A program made the translations under genes and the position numbers. The notes beneath the pieces are model-generated. The model did not search any database, was not told where the DNA came from, and was given only the letters and a program-made list of their open reading frames with translations. 64,000 nt of DNA from Takakia lepidozioides (Eukaryota; Plantae; Bryophyta). Shown piece after piece: positions 1 through 12,408 of this stretch (position 1 is its first letter; the number at the start of each line of letters is the position of its first letter). The stretch lies in contig CM060733.1 of assembly GCA_030704615.1 (NCBI GenBank), forward strand, positions 22,134,001 to 22,198,000, written 5' to 3'.

Positions 1-254
1 CTATGAGAGCTGCCCCTCTTACAACAGGCACCGCAAGGCGAACACATCGAGAGCAGACATCACACAGGAGACATGCTGAATGCTACTTGCATGGTGAATA
101 TAGACCATGTATACATGATGCATGAGGTTGCCTTTCTCTCCATGGCAGGAGTGCCTTGGAAAATTGCAGCCATTCCCAATAAGCTACTGCTTGCATGAAT
201 GTCTAGTACCCTGGCATAAACTGCAAAAACTCAACAATGTTGTCGAAGACAAAC

Positions 255-1327
255 CTGCCAGGCAATGCGATCCAGATTGAGCGTAAGCAAAAGAGTGCGG
301 GCTCCCATGCGCGCTGCCGCAAGTGCTGCTTCACAGCCGGCATGACCTCCCCCCACCACCACCACATCGTATCTCTCTGCTTGTGAATTGCCATCTAAAA
401 GATCCAAAAGCCTGAATTAAGGGACAAGAATTGGATCATATAGAATGAAACCTTCAAAGACGAAAGCTGGTGTGACTGACACTGCAGAATTGGAAGACCG
501 TTAGTTCTGTATCAGTAAGACAGTGATAGAATTCCAACACTCTGCAAATTGATTCACATGGTAACAATTCCCCAACAAGGAAAGTTACTTATGGACAGAT
601 TCAGGTATGAATTTGAGTTACTTCCTGCCAGCTACTTTCAGACAATGTTTGCTTCACCATCGTAGAGAGCAGTCCATTTCTCTATATGAGAACGACGTTT
701 TCTTTGTTACGTAAATGAACTGGGGATCCGAACACGCAAGAGTGATTGTGTAATCTTTATCAAAGCGGCATTACCTGAGGTTGAAAGCAGAGACGCATTA
801 TCTCCAGATGCAGCCGAGGATGAAGCTCTAGTATAAGTCCTACCTATGTCCAGCGGTGCCGAGACTGATAAATATCCATTTCTACACAGGGAATCACGAT
901 GTTTCGATATCGTGCAGCCCGAAACAGAACCACTCCAAAGACCTTGCCCATGCTTCACGGAGTTTACGAAAGGCGATTTGAGGGTGCCAGATGCGCCCCG
1001 TAAGACGAGTCTCGCGTGGGAAATTACTACAAAATCCTTCCGGAGATGATTTAAGCGCAAAGAAGGTTTACAGAAAGAAGTATGCCGGTGGGTGGGCGAA
1101 TCTATAAAGACTGAATGCAACGCACAGTTTTGATTAGAACTAGCAAATGGTTCACGAAAGGCTCCTAATTCCTGGAGAAACGGTGTACGGAGGTGAAGTG
1201 AGTGTTGCGTGGCAGGGTTGGAAGAAGGGAGAAAGGGCAGAGGTGATCGGATTGAGGAGAGAGAAGGCATTGTGTTGCATAAATGGCACCTAGCCATGTT
1301 CACCACAACACCTATCCTCGCTCTCAT
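255..1327 (-). CDS. mnmG: tRNA uridine 5-carboxymethylaminomethyl modification enzyme MnmG/GidA, organellar; first two exons (775-1327, 255-394), gene continues off the left edge
   Basis: Exon 394-255 is bounded by AG/GT and reads [46 protein letters not shown], the GidA FAD-binding N-terminus of the plastid/cyanobacterial type. The upstream Ser-rich exon ends TCA G|gtaa at 775 and joins in phase (G+AT = Asp). In-frame ATGs at 1327, 1297 and 1270. Confidence 0.92.
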
Positions 1328-1390
1328 GCTGCCATTACCTCCCACATCACCACATCACTTGGCAGAGCTGAGCTCCCGAGTGTGAGCCAG

Positions 1391-1404
1391 AAACCCTAAA
1401 CCCT
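1391..1404. promoter_or_regulatory. telo-box (AAACCCTAAACCCT) upstream of mnmG
   Basis: Interstitial telomere-type motif ~65 bp upstream of the first ATG, with GGGCC site-II-like motifs at ~1431 and ~1494. This arrangement is typical of plant translation-related promoters. Confidence 0.5.
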
Positions 1405-1889
1405 TCCAGTCTGTTAGTCTATAATTAACAAGGGCCATCTTAGCAACAAAACCAAAAAAACAATACGTCTCGCTTGACCCATCAATGCAATCAGGGCCAT
1501 GTGCTTCTCTCCAGTCAGCAATGTGAAAAATGCCTCAACACTCTAATTTGCCCAAGCATGATTAGAACGCCAAGATCTTCTCGCAACTTTGTGCTTAGCG
1601 CCAGCTAATGAAAATCTAGCGAAGTCGTGTAAGAGGTTGCGGGTCGTGATCTAAGCAAATGATGTTTTAAAGAAAGGCAAGCTTACTACGGATCGCAGGG
1701 GATGAAGGTCCGTAGGTGGAGTGTGGGTTTTCTGCGGGCATTCGAGTAGTTGCGTGCCACTTCACATTGTTCGCACAAAGTTGTGATATGATATGCATGC
1801 CCACATTCACCTCTCTCATCTTCATGCACCATGTTCACACTCAAATTTCAACCTAGGAATGCATCCTTGCTTTCTTTGCGCTGCAAGGG

Positions 1890-2745
1890 GAGATCTTCCG
1901 AAGTCGTTATCTGTCGAGCAGAAGACCAGATCCAGCCCATTTCAAGCTGGTGCAGGAGCGCTGAAGTTGCAATCTTTGGATCTGTTGCAGACAATCCCCA
2001 AGAGTGTCCGTAAAGGGCTTGATTGCAGGATGGTAATACGGAATAGTGCACAGCTGTTTGATGCACATCAGACTTGCGGAAAGGATAGTGACTCTGCCGT
2101 CGCCATTTCCTTTGGAAGAGGATCAACAGGCAACAAAAAGTGTTCAGGCAGTCACTGGGATGTGCGGACCCTACGTAAGGTAGGGCATCTGGAAGAAGAG
2201 CTGCACATTTTGAACTAACCAGGCATTCGGGCATACTCCAATACTTACGTGTGTGTGTGTGTGTGTGTGTCTTGCAGGAGTGCATCACCAGGAAACATGT
2301 GGCGGGAGGGGTTCTAGTGATGATTCAGTCCATCACTACGAAATGCCGTCGGGAGATTTCAAGCTATCTGAAGGCCTTGGGGATGAAGATCATCAAAACG
2401 TGGAATGGTGTGAACAGCCTGTACCTGGCAAAGGGTGACTGCCCGGGACAAATGGTAAAACTCATTCTCTTTTCTGCTTCAATTTGATTGCAATTTGGCC
2501 CCTCCGGAACTGAGTGCGTTGACGCACTCAATTCCGGATGGGTGCAATCGCTCTCATCTGAGTGGGATTTTGAATCGTATCTTATCTTATTCGTGATGTC
2601 TTTTTGAGCAGACCCGCCTTTTTGAAGTCGTGTGTCTCGTCAGGATTCGCCCAGCTTCCACTCCTACGTCAGTGAAGGAATTCAGGCTTCATGGGGGAGG
2701 CTGTTTTATCAACGACAGGTTTGATCCTGTGGTGGACGACAGTGC
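1890..2745 (+). pseudogene. fragment of a ParB-methyltransferase-family gene (central part of the MTase region)
   Basis: Spliced pieces: ...LDCRMVIRNS... / ECITRKHVAGGVLVMIQS...IIKTWNGVNSLYLAKGDCPGQM|gt / ag|TRLFEVVCLVR...FDPVVDD. Intron 2455-2611 carries the same palindrome (2503-2538) found in the introns of the 37812-42515 gene. Confidence 0.55.
2248..2270. repeat. (GT)n microsatellite
   Basis: About 11 GT units directly visible. Confidence 0.9.
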
Positions 2746-2829
2746 ATGCCCACATTATCCAAACTGCAGACAACCCTACTCAACACCTTCTCACCATGTC
2801 TGCCGAGTGCGGAAGCGGAGCGGATGCAT

Positions 2830-4345
2830 ATGAAGTGTTTGACAAATTGCCTGATTGAGATTATTGTGCATGGAATATAATGGGAGGCTTTCGAGATGTA
2901 TGAGCAAATGCAATGGAAAGGGGTAATGCCGAACAGGGTCACGTTCATTTGTGTTCTTAATGTGTGTGCCAGGCTAGGAGACCTGGAAAAGGGCAAAGAG
3001 GTCCATGCTGACCTCACCAAAGCTGAAATTCCGCCAGATATAATTCTGGAGACTGCCCTTGCTGACAGTAATGTGGGACATGAAGGATGCACGGCAAGTG
3101 TTTGATAATATGGCTGAACCAAACGTTATCTCATGGAGTGCACTGATAACAGGATATTCTCAACATGGGTGTGGTAGTGAGGCTTTTGATATCTATGAGC
3201 AAATGCAACGGAACGGGTTACACTCAACAGGATTACATTCATTTGTGTTCTCAATGTGGGTGCTAGCCTGGGAGTCCTGGAAAAGGGCACAAAGGTCCAT
3301 GCTGGCATTATGAAAGCTGGACTCCTGGCATTCGTAAATTGGGAGAATACCCACGTTGATATATATGCCAAATGTGGGAGAATGAAAGGGCATGGGGGTG
3401 GAAGGGAGGCGGGAAGGTGTGAGGCCCAGCTGGGTCACATTTGTTTGCCTAGTCAATGCTTGTCCCAGTATAGGAGCCTTGGAAAAGGGCAGAGAAAATC
3501 ACTCTGATATTGTGAAGGCAGGAATTGCATAGTCTGTCAAGTTGGAAACAACCTTTAAACCTGTGTGCAACATGTGGAGGCCGTACAGGAAGCACGGGGA
3601 AGTGTTCGACAAAATGGCTGCACAAGGTGTAGTCTCATGGAGTGCAATGATTGCAGGAAATGCTCCACATAGGTGTGGTAGGGAGGTGGTCCAATTATTT
3701 GAACAAATGCAACGTCGAATATTGTCACCTTCGTATCTCTGCTCTCGGCATGTAGCCATCTGGGCCTGTGGATGAAGGCTGTTATTACTATCCCTCTATG
3801 ATTCGAGATCATGGCCTCACTCCTACAGTGGAGCGTTTTGGCTGCATGGGGGGCCTTCTGGGTTGTGCAGGGAGATTGCATGAGGCAGAGGGCTCAAATT
3901 TATAAAATGCCAATCCAACCTGATGCTGGTGTGAGAAGCCTCCTGGCACGCAGAGTTGCGAGCTCCAGCGAGCATAACAATCAAATCCAAACTCAATCTT
4001 GTCTAGGGCCTGCAGGATTCATGATGATGTAGAGGTAGCAGAATGTGCGGCCAAAAGCATTCTCAAGAGTGATCCAGAGCAGGCTTCAGGTTATGTGTTG
4101 TTATTGAACATTTATGCTACAGCTGGTAGGGGGGAATATAAAGCAGGCATGATGGAGGGCAGAGGTGTCAGAAAGGAGACAGGGCTCAGCTATATTGAGG
4201 TCGGGAACAGGATGCATACATTTGTTGCAGGTTAAACATCGCACCGACATCTTGAGGAGATCCATGCTGAGCTGAAGAGATTGTCTGTGGAAATGAAGCA
4301 GGTCCGGTACATGCATGATACTCCCTTTGCATCGCATGGTATGAG
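2830..4345 (+). pseudogene. PLS-class PPR (E/E+) pseudogene
   Basis: PPR motifs spread over several frames: PNRVTFICVLNVCA, ARQVFDNMAEPNVISWSALITGYSQHG, E domain ACRIHDDVEVAE...YVLLLNIYA, and RKETGLSYIEVGNRMHTFVAG. Many frameshifts and stops. Confidence 0.9.
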
Positions 4346-5554
4346 GAAGATCAAAAGAGGTTAGATAAATATGTGTCTGTGCAATTGTAGTATATCAAAC
4401 CACAAGTCTGCAGATCTTACTTTGAAGGACATTGTGGTATTCATACCCCTCAAGCGACAGATCTTGCACCATAGGCATGCAACCTAGGCACAATTTTTTC
4501 AACACACAATGTCTTGGCCCTTTTCTTGGCAGCTCGGGCCACCAGCTTGCCACCAAGAAAAGCTGCAAGGGATGCTTGTAAAATTCATAGAAATTAGAGT
4601 TGTGAACTGCTGGCAGCTTGTTAGAAAGATCTAGTTCTGTTTCCTGTTCTCTCCTGGAGTGCCAAAACAGTTGGATCCTGTCTTCTCGAAGTAACTTGCA
4701 TAGTAAGTGATGAAGAAGAAATGGATGAGGAAATGATTATGGAATATTCCATTTTTCATATCTAGAAAGAGAGCAATATGCCAATGAGGGGAGGGACCTA
4801 CGGTTTTCCAGCTGGATAACTTGTGAAGGGACTCTAGCAAAGCACAGCAGAATTTGATGGTAAGTACTGTGCCACGGCCCAGCTAGATCTATGGTAGGTT
4901 AATGTGGTGCTCATTTCCAAATGCAAGTCTTTCTTTGAAGAGGTGTACGGTCCAAGTCAGTTTGTTTCCTCACCAACCTATCAGATCTGAAAAACCGTTT
5001 GTCGTTCAATCATATACTTGAAGTGATGTTACAACAGATGTGCACGTGCTGAGATCGTTTCTTGAAGGGGGAAGTATTTGAAAATGTACAGATAAGACTT
5101 CTCGTAAGCATTGTTAATATGTTACAAATGAGGTACCAATGTATGTACATGTCGGATTCACAAGTCCGAGTGGTGTTCGCAGCACAGAAGCTGTTCAGCC
5201 CTGAATTGACCAAACCTTCGACAGACCTATTTGTCATGGTATGCTGTAACCAGGCTGATCGCGGGTGGGCTCAATCCTGCAATGTTCCAGTCATCCTCTC
5301 CTGGGGCTCTGCATAGAGCAGTAGCCTCTGTAAATTTGTTTTGACCGTTTATCCTTTTGGATCACAAATGATGGTGGCTCGATATCCATCGAGATCACTT
5401 TTTCCCAATAGAGGGAAATGCTATGACTATCTAGAATGATGTGGGCAAGAGCCGTGTAAATAAGAGCCTCGGAAGGCGGCTCTTATACTAATCTTGAGAG
5501 GGCCTCCTCTAATAGAATTCTGCAAGTATGCAGTGGAGGGCTTGGAACTTGTGC

Positions 5555-6949
5555 TCAGTGTTGTTCGCTCCTTGGTCGCCAGCAGGTACGCCCTCGGACG
5601 ATTTCGGTATTCTCTCCCTGAGTGCGAAGTAAATGAGTAAACTGGCTACAAGTCTCGACCGCCATTCCAGACCTTCGGAGCTGGGATGTGAAAGCCTCAT
5701 CAGCGTGACTTCCATTCATGTGCAAATGCTCTCCAGAGCTACCATTTCCGTTTGTGTTAAGCTCTGCAGTTTGTGGCGCAGTGTCTGCTGCCTCGGGTCT
5801 TGTGAGGGACTCCACAACGTCAGAGCTGGTGCATTCGCGTCGGTACTCCAGAGTCAGGCTGGTCAATTCGTGAGTCTCAAAGTTTACTGGCGGAACACTC
5901 TGTAGTACCCAGCTGATGTACTTGAGGTTGCTCACATGCTGATTTACGTCCAAATCTTCTCTGCAAGAAATGAGGTTAGAGCTTGTGAAGTCGGCTGTGT
6001 CGTCAGTCAGTTTGACAATCTTCGGGCAAATTTGGGACGGAGGAAAAGCAGAGCGGGTTTCAATGAAGCATGGTTCAATCTCGGCTCTAACTTCGTCAGG
6101 AATCTTGGAGAGGCGCCGTGTGTCTTCGTGCATCATCACCCATGTGCTGGTTGCACGAGCGAGGACCTCGCCAGTTTGATAGCTCCGCATCACCCAGTCG
6201 CGTCGCATTCCATTCTTGCCAGCGCTCGTAACCCAAGTGTCTATCTCCACTACTTCAGGCCAGGCAGGGTACCGCTCGACTTCCACATGCATTTTTGTCA
6301 CCACCCAGATCAGCCGGCAACGATTCATGGCGCGTGTTGCTCCAAAGCCATCCCCGCTAATACCTAACAGCGACACGTGACAAAGTGCCATTTCTTGAAA
6401 TAGACTAAACAAAGTATCAATCGACGTTGCCTTGTTTGCGCCCACTTCATACGACCGAATTACAAATATCTGTCTGTACATCAAGCAATCCTCCACAAAA
6501 CCTCCTTGGCGCAGTTTATGCAAGGGGGTCATCTCTTTTCTTCTTCTCTCCGTTTCCTCCAAGCTTCTTGATCTCTGGAGCTTGGCGCCTTGATATGTGA
6601 GAAGTTCCTCACCCGAGGTGCCCGAGAATCCTGATGACCGTCCTGCATGAGGAGGAGAACTGCTCCATGTACCCAACCTACCCGTGGAACTTCCAGCGGA
6701 AGTCAAGTTATCGGCAAGCCTTCCAAATTCCCACAAGGAATTCTCATTCAGCTGATCTGACGTAGGTTCCAATAGAGTTGCATGGATGCTTTGAGGTTTT
6801 TGTTTGGAGGAGAATGACGATGTCGATATTGCGGGTATCCCCGAAAATGTCAGCGAATGTTGGACTTCTGAGGAAGACAACTTCCTCGCTGGTGTTGTGA
6901 TTCCAGGAAGGGATTTCCACGAAGCCATTGAGTTCAATAGAGCCTCCAT
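5555..6949 (-). CDS. plastid acyl-ACP thioesterase (FatA/FatB family), intronless, 464 aa
   Basis: Motifs YRQIFVIRSYEVG, WVVTKMHVEVERYPAW, GKNGMRRDW, ARATSTWVMM, DLDVNQHVSN and LEYRREC. Ser-rich N-terminal transit peptide. Single uninterrupted ORF. Confidence 0.95.
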   Translation of the reverse strand: MEALLNSMASWKSLPGITTPARKLSSSEVQHSLTFSGIPAISTSSFSSKQKPQSIHATLLEPTSDQLNENSLWEFGRLADNLTSAGSSTGRLGTWSSSPPHAGRSSGFSGTSGEELLTYQGAKLQRSRSLEETERRRKEMTPLHKLRQGGFVEDCLMYRQIFVIRSYEVGANKATSIDTLFSLFQEMALCHVSLLGISGDGFGATRAMNRCRLIWVVTKMHVEVERYPAWPEVVEIDTWVTSAGKNGMRRDWVMRSYQTGEVLARATSTWVMMHEDTRRLSKIPDEVRAEIEPCFIETRSAFPPSQICPKIVKLTDDTADFTSSNLISCREDLDVNQHVSNLKYISWVLQSVPPVNFETHELTSLTLEYRRECTSSDVVESLTRPEAADTAPQTAELNTNGNGSSGEHLHMNGSHADEAFTSQLRRSGMAVETCSQFTHLLRTQGENTEIVRGRTCWRPRSEQH

Positions 6950-8325
6950 GATATTGTCAATAAAATCAGCTGCAGATAATCGGCCGCGTTGGATCCTCTC
7001 CGCGTGCTGAAGTTGGAATTGAATCTTGAGTACTGAGCTCTCTATTTGTCACGTATAAGTATTTGAATGTGAAAGTTTTAAGTTTCACAAATCCGTTCAA
7101 TCCCACTTTCACTCTTTAATTCAGCTCGGATCAGGATAGAGTGCATCTAGACAAGGCTATTACTACTCGGCTCTCTCAACTCTCGCTTGCTGTAGAGCCT
7201 GAGTGTGTAGCAGCAAAGAGAGCTGGGCCGTTATGTAGGCACAAGCTTCTTCCAACAAACGCGCTGTGTTGTGTCAACGCGTCGTTCTACCCACCAACTT
7301 GCGTTTATTTAAAATCGTCCCCGGGTCACCACCTTCCATCCGACCGCGTAAACGCAGGGCCCGTGGCCATCGAACAAGGGGGGAGGCTGGCGGGACCCGG
7401 GGAGATGGCGGGGCAGTTGGGGGCAGGAATGGCAGGCCTTGACCGGTCGTGGACACTAGTCAACAACCACGACCTCTTACGTCTGCTTTTGGAGATGGAA
7501 GAAAAGAGGTGTTTTTTTTTTTGGGATGATCAAAGATTTTAATTTGATCATAATTTTTTTTTGCAACCCTTCTTCTTTTTAAAAACAGAAGAGAAGAATT
7601 TTTTTAAATATTAGAGAAAAAAGGCATGCAGCCATGGATCCTACCAACATTTTTGAAATGTAATAAATATTCGTGAAATAATTTATTGGCTCCTCCCTCC
7701 GCCTTGGTTATTTGTAATCTAGGATTAGGGCCAACTTCCATGTCTCGGCCGTCCCAGCCAAGTTATCCAAGGCTGATCGACGTCGGTGGAGCATGGCCGA
7801 CTTGGTGCGATGGATGGTTGCTCTTATGTGCATAGGGTTCAAGAGGATTCGGGCAGTAGGTCTGCCTGGCTGTCCAAGGCGCCCCCGACCAATTGAGCCG
7901 GTCAAAGGTTGGTCCCGCAAGCAAAGAGTAGGGCTTGCAAGCAATGTGCACAAAGGTGACCTTCACAGCAGGTAAAAGAGATATGGTAACCTAGTACAGC
8001 AGGTCAAAAGCGATTACCAGTATCGGCCATAATCTCTGGCGCCAAATTCCCAAGTATTGCGCTCACCGATATCTGGGCGTCAAATTTAACGCATGGAACC
8101 AAGGTGTCACTTTGGTCATCTAGTGCCAACTTGGCCAATACATGGAAGTTGGCCCTTAGAGCATAACCAGCAGTGGCGCGGTAAATACACCAACAGCATT
8201 ATACTAGCCCATTTTTGGCCCGGAGCCCATATAGTAGTGTGGCAGCTAGTGTGAAGGCCAGCAGCATGGCAGCAAAACCCCCCTCCCCGCTGGGCGCATG
8301 GCTGAGATGCGCACCAGGCTGAGAT

Positions 8326-9475
8326 GGGAATTCCAAAAAGGCCTTGATGTGAAATGCATCGCAATTCACTTGATCACCCCCTAAAAGTGCGCAATTCAAT
8401 TGAATTGCAAGGGCAATTCAATTGAACTAACCCTAATTTGCAATTCAATTGAATTGTTGGCACACGATTCAATTGAATTGCGAATTGGCAATTCAATTGA
8501 ATTGTAATCTATAATTTTTTAACTTATTTTTGTATATAATATATAATATATATGTACATGTATGTATTCAAATTATATTTATACACATATAAGAGTATAA
8601 GCTAAAAATACATGTTGCCCGTCTATTCTTGCTGGCCCTCTTTCTTGTGCCCTTGAGGAAATTGTGGAGTTGTGAAGCCACCCTCAGCCTCAGCGAGAAA
8701 GGGAGAGCCAGAAACGGAGACAGATCAGCAGCTTCATGTGATTCACTCGCAAAAGAAACATGGCTAGCTCCGAAAAAAACAGACAAAATCAAACCTGACA
8801 ATTGATGAAAGGTTTCCCCTGCATCACCATGTAGTCCCCTAACACTAGTATCTGGCCCAGGACAAAGAAAACAAAAAATATGTTCATCTTGAGAATTATC
8901 AAAAATTTCGATACCCTTACAAAGTTATCATGTTGAAGTTGGGATGTGTGTTCCATATAAGTTTAATATATCAAACTCTTACACGTTGATATTCTTACAT
9001 TGGTATCATGTTTGGTATATGTACATAGCCATATATTGGCACCAACATCCACAAAGAGGGACAATCCCGTTTTTACAAGCGCTTCGTGACTTCCTCTCTC
9101 TCTCTCTCTCTCCCTCTCTCGCTCTCCCTTAGGCTTATCTTGGGCTCAAGCCTTACCACGGGCAAAGGATGGACAGACGGACAGCAAGAATAGACGGGCA
9201 ACATGTATTTTTAGCTTATACCTGTGTATGTATATATGTATAATTTAAATATATACATATATGTATTATATACAGAAATAAGTTAAAAATTATAGATTAC
9301 AATTCAATTGAATTGTAGTCAGCAATTCAATTGAATTACCAACTAGCGGTCAATTGAATTGTAAATTAGGGTTAGCTCAATTGAATTGTCCTTGCAATTC
9401 AATTGAATTGTGCACTTTTAGGGGGTGATCAAGTGAATTGCGATGCATTTCACATAAGGCCTTTTTGGAATTCCC
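8326..9475. mobile_element. non-autonomous element with ~310-bp terminal inverted repeats (MULE/foldback-like MITE)
   Basis: 8326-~8635 is the reverse complement of ~9182-9475 (ends GGGAATTCCAAAAAGGCC... / ...GGCCTTTTTGGAATTCCC). Each arm has repeated CAATTCAATTGAATTG palindromes. TSD not clear. Confidence 0.85.
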
Positions 9476-10039
9476 CAGGTTACATTGACATGTGGGCCCT
9501 GCCACCTACCACGCCACCTGTCAACACATGTGAGCGAGAGTGCCTGGATAAGAGTTGCCATGGGGGGGGTTTGGGGACGGCAACGAAATTCTAGATGCCA
9601 TGCTTGAGGTGCGGATTTGCAAGATGGCCGGCACTATGAGGAGTGGGGTGGTGCTGCTGGGGACAGGGGGAGAGGCCCGAAACCACCGGCCACGGGCAGA
9701 ATGGAGTTGGCGCGCCTGAAATGGCCGCTGCTTGCCATGCTCTTAGCCTCCAGAGAAGGATTGTTCCTACATGGTAGGACCATTAACGACACATTAATTG
9801 CATGGTGCCATTAGCACATGCCCATGGCTCCATGCCCATGCCCATGCTAATGCTAGTTATGCTCCATGTTTTAGGGTGGCGGCTGGCATTAGGGTTTAGG
9901 CTATTTAAGGCGACGGCTGAGTCTTCGGTGTAGTTTAGTTTAGTGTGGTGCTTGCGTGAGTGTATAAGTTGCAATGAAGATGAGCTCTATGGATTACGCA
10001 TGCTGAAAAAAATCGTAGAGTAGCAGTTTCTGCAAGTAA

Positions 10040-10480
10040 TTAAGTGGTGCATGATCGGAGAAACCTGGACCACGGTTTCCACTACATAACACCATTTAAG
10101 TGGTGCATGATCAGATCTATTATGATTTAAGTACCTAGGAGAAATGTCGAGCACGGATTTCCAGCAAATGCATTTTTGGAAACCTCGAACGAGGTTTCTA
10201 GTAGACATGTACGTGAACTGTTAAGTGGTGCATGCTGAGGAAAACCTTAATCGCGGTTTCCACATAATGCTATAAGTAATTCAAGTGGTGCATGCTCGGA
10301 AAACCTTGACCACGGTTTCTGTTGGACCATAGCCTACCATTTAGTTGGTGCATGATCACGATATGCAGTATACCATTTAAATGGTATAAAAACCTCGACT
10401 GTGATTTCCACTAGACAATATGCTGCAAGCCATTTAAGTGTTGCATGTTTAGGGAAACCTCGGCCGAGGTTTTGATAAGC
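10040..10480. repeat. degenerate tandem array of TTAAGTGGTGCATG...AAACCT...CGGTTTC units
   Basis: The motif recurs at ~10040, 10096, 10221, 10282, 10341 and 10433. Confidence 0.7.
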
Positions 10481-10739
10481 CGAGCATGACACGTATGCCT
10501 TAAGTATTATATCAATGCAATTGTGGTAAAAATTTTGAACAAACATTGTAATAGCTTAAGAATGCTCATGGAAACCTCTATTGCAATTATCCCTCATCAT
10601 ATTAATTTGTTGATAAACATTACAAAAACCTCCAATGCCATGAAGTTTTCATGAATGACTTCAATATCTAAACACAATTATAGGTTTTATACTCGCCGCA
10701 ATCAGATGCGGTTGTGTCATCAGAGAGAACTAGAGAAAT

Positions 10740-11060
10740 ATGAATTAAAAAATTAATTAAAGATTTCTGAAGGCTAATTTGGCTAAAAATGTAGTTGTAG
10801 TGACTAAAAATATGAAGTTTGCAAATCTGAAAACTGAAGTCTATAAAACTGAGAGAGAAAAGAATGAACACATAGCAATGGCAGCTTGCACAATATTGTC
10901 AAAGTAATCAGAAAAAATTGAATTAAAAAATTAATTGAGACGTCTGAAGGACAGGCTGAAAATCTTGTTGTAAACTGAAAATTGGAGTCTGTAAAACAGA
11001 AAACGGAAGTCTGTAAAAAACACATATCAATGGCAGCAAGCTGCACAATATTGTCAAAGA
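10740..11060. repeat. ~170-bp tandem duplication
   Basis: GAATTAAAAAATTAATT...CAATGGCAGC..TGCACAATATTGTCAAAG occurs twice. Confidence 0.65.
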
Positions 11061-11370
11061 ATTATATATTGCAATGAAAAATCAAAAACAATTCACAAAA
11101 ATAGATTACTAAAATCCAAACATGTTGTGTGGGCTATGATATCATGCAAAGAATAGTTTACGAATAGTTTCTATGTGAAACATAGTGACATAGTTCCTAA
11201 TGACTCACCTAAATGAACGTGCTCTTCTTTGACATCCTTTCATAGGGAGTAGTTATGAACATTGACCTAAATGAAAGACCTAAAAAATGATATGAATTAT
11301 GAAATACCCAAAAATGAAAGACTTTTGTTTTGGGTCTGAATTTATGTCACATTTTTATATTTCATCCCCA

Positions 11371-11962
11371 CTAGGGTAGCATGTGCCGTTGGCCAAAGTG
11401 TGAAGAATTGAAATCCAAGACCAAGTGCAATTTCCTAATATGTATCCAAGTGTGTCTCCTCTGTTAAGACCCATTTAAGCCCAAGTGCAATCTCATATGT
11501 ATCCAAGTGCTTCTCCCATGTAGACCAAGTGCGACCTCCAATGTCATGGCAACACTTAGTTTTGTAATTTAGTTGAATTTTCAGCGACCAAAATTGTTCA
11601 TAATTCTATAATTATTGTCCAAATTTTGTGAAACCAGTGCAACCTCCAGTGTCATTCCAACAATTGATTTTGTAATTTAGTTGAATTTCCAGTAACCAAA
11701 ATTGTTTATAATTCCATAAGCCTCGGACCAATCATTGTTGCAGGAAAGCCCACTTTGCTATTTTTCACGAATTTCCAGCGACCAAAAGTACTTGAAATTC
11801 CATATCTCCCACACGGCAGGTCCAAAAATCATGAGACCAAGCCGGTGTACCCTCCTCATCGAGGGCTTTCCAATGGTACCAAACACCAGCGTTGGGGCCC
11901 CGCAGTTTGGGACATCTCAACGCTACAAAACAAACAAACAAATTGACTTGCTTCATAATTGA
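11371..11962 (-). mobile_element. non-autonomous Helitron
   Basis: On the minus strand: A|TC 5' end at 11962, CTAG|T 3' end at 11371, a short GCCAACGGC hairpin near the 3' end and no TSD. Internal CCAAGTG repeats. Confidence 0.65.
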
Positions 11963-12408
11963 TATGGCTACTAATTAGTGCAGTTAGTGATGAGTATCAG
12001 ATTAAAATCTCCTCTTGATACACATGTGGAAACTAGTGATGAGTATCAAATAAAAATCTTCTTTCGATACGCATGCGAAAACGTGGGAAGTGTGAGTGAT
12101 GTAGAGTTGTAGAAGGAGTTTGCAGATGAATTCCTTGCTGTAATGAAGAAGCTCATTCTTCATCAGTCAGTGAGTGGGGTGATGGGAGGGACTGGCAGCT
12201 GGGATGGATAAGAAACTTGAAAGAAGCTAAGTTTTTTCGGGGCTCTCTCACCGCAAACTGCGGAGCAAGCCACCCCCCTCTTACTTGCAACTCCCTCTCT
12301 TAGAGCATTCACCTAGGAAAAATCGGGAACATCGGCAAATTCACAGTCAGAGCTATTTTCCGGGGATGATCTGAAGGGCATTTGAAAAATCTCTCTTTTC
12401 ATTTTTAA

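Noticed and set aside
203-394. 63-aa [18 protein letters not shown]
   Set aside because: Wrong frame. The real coding frame is the MnmG exon.
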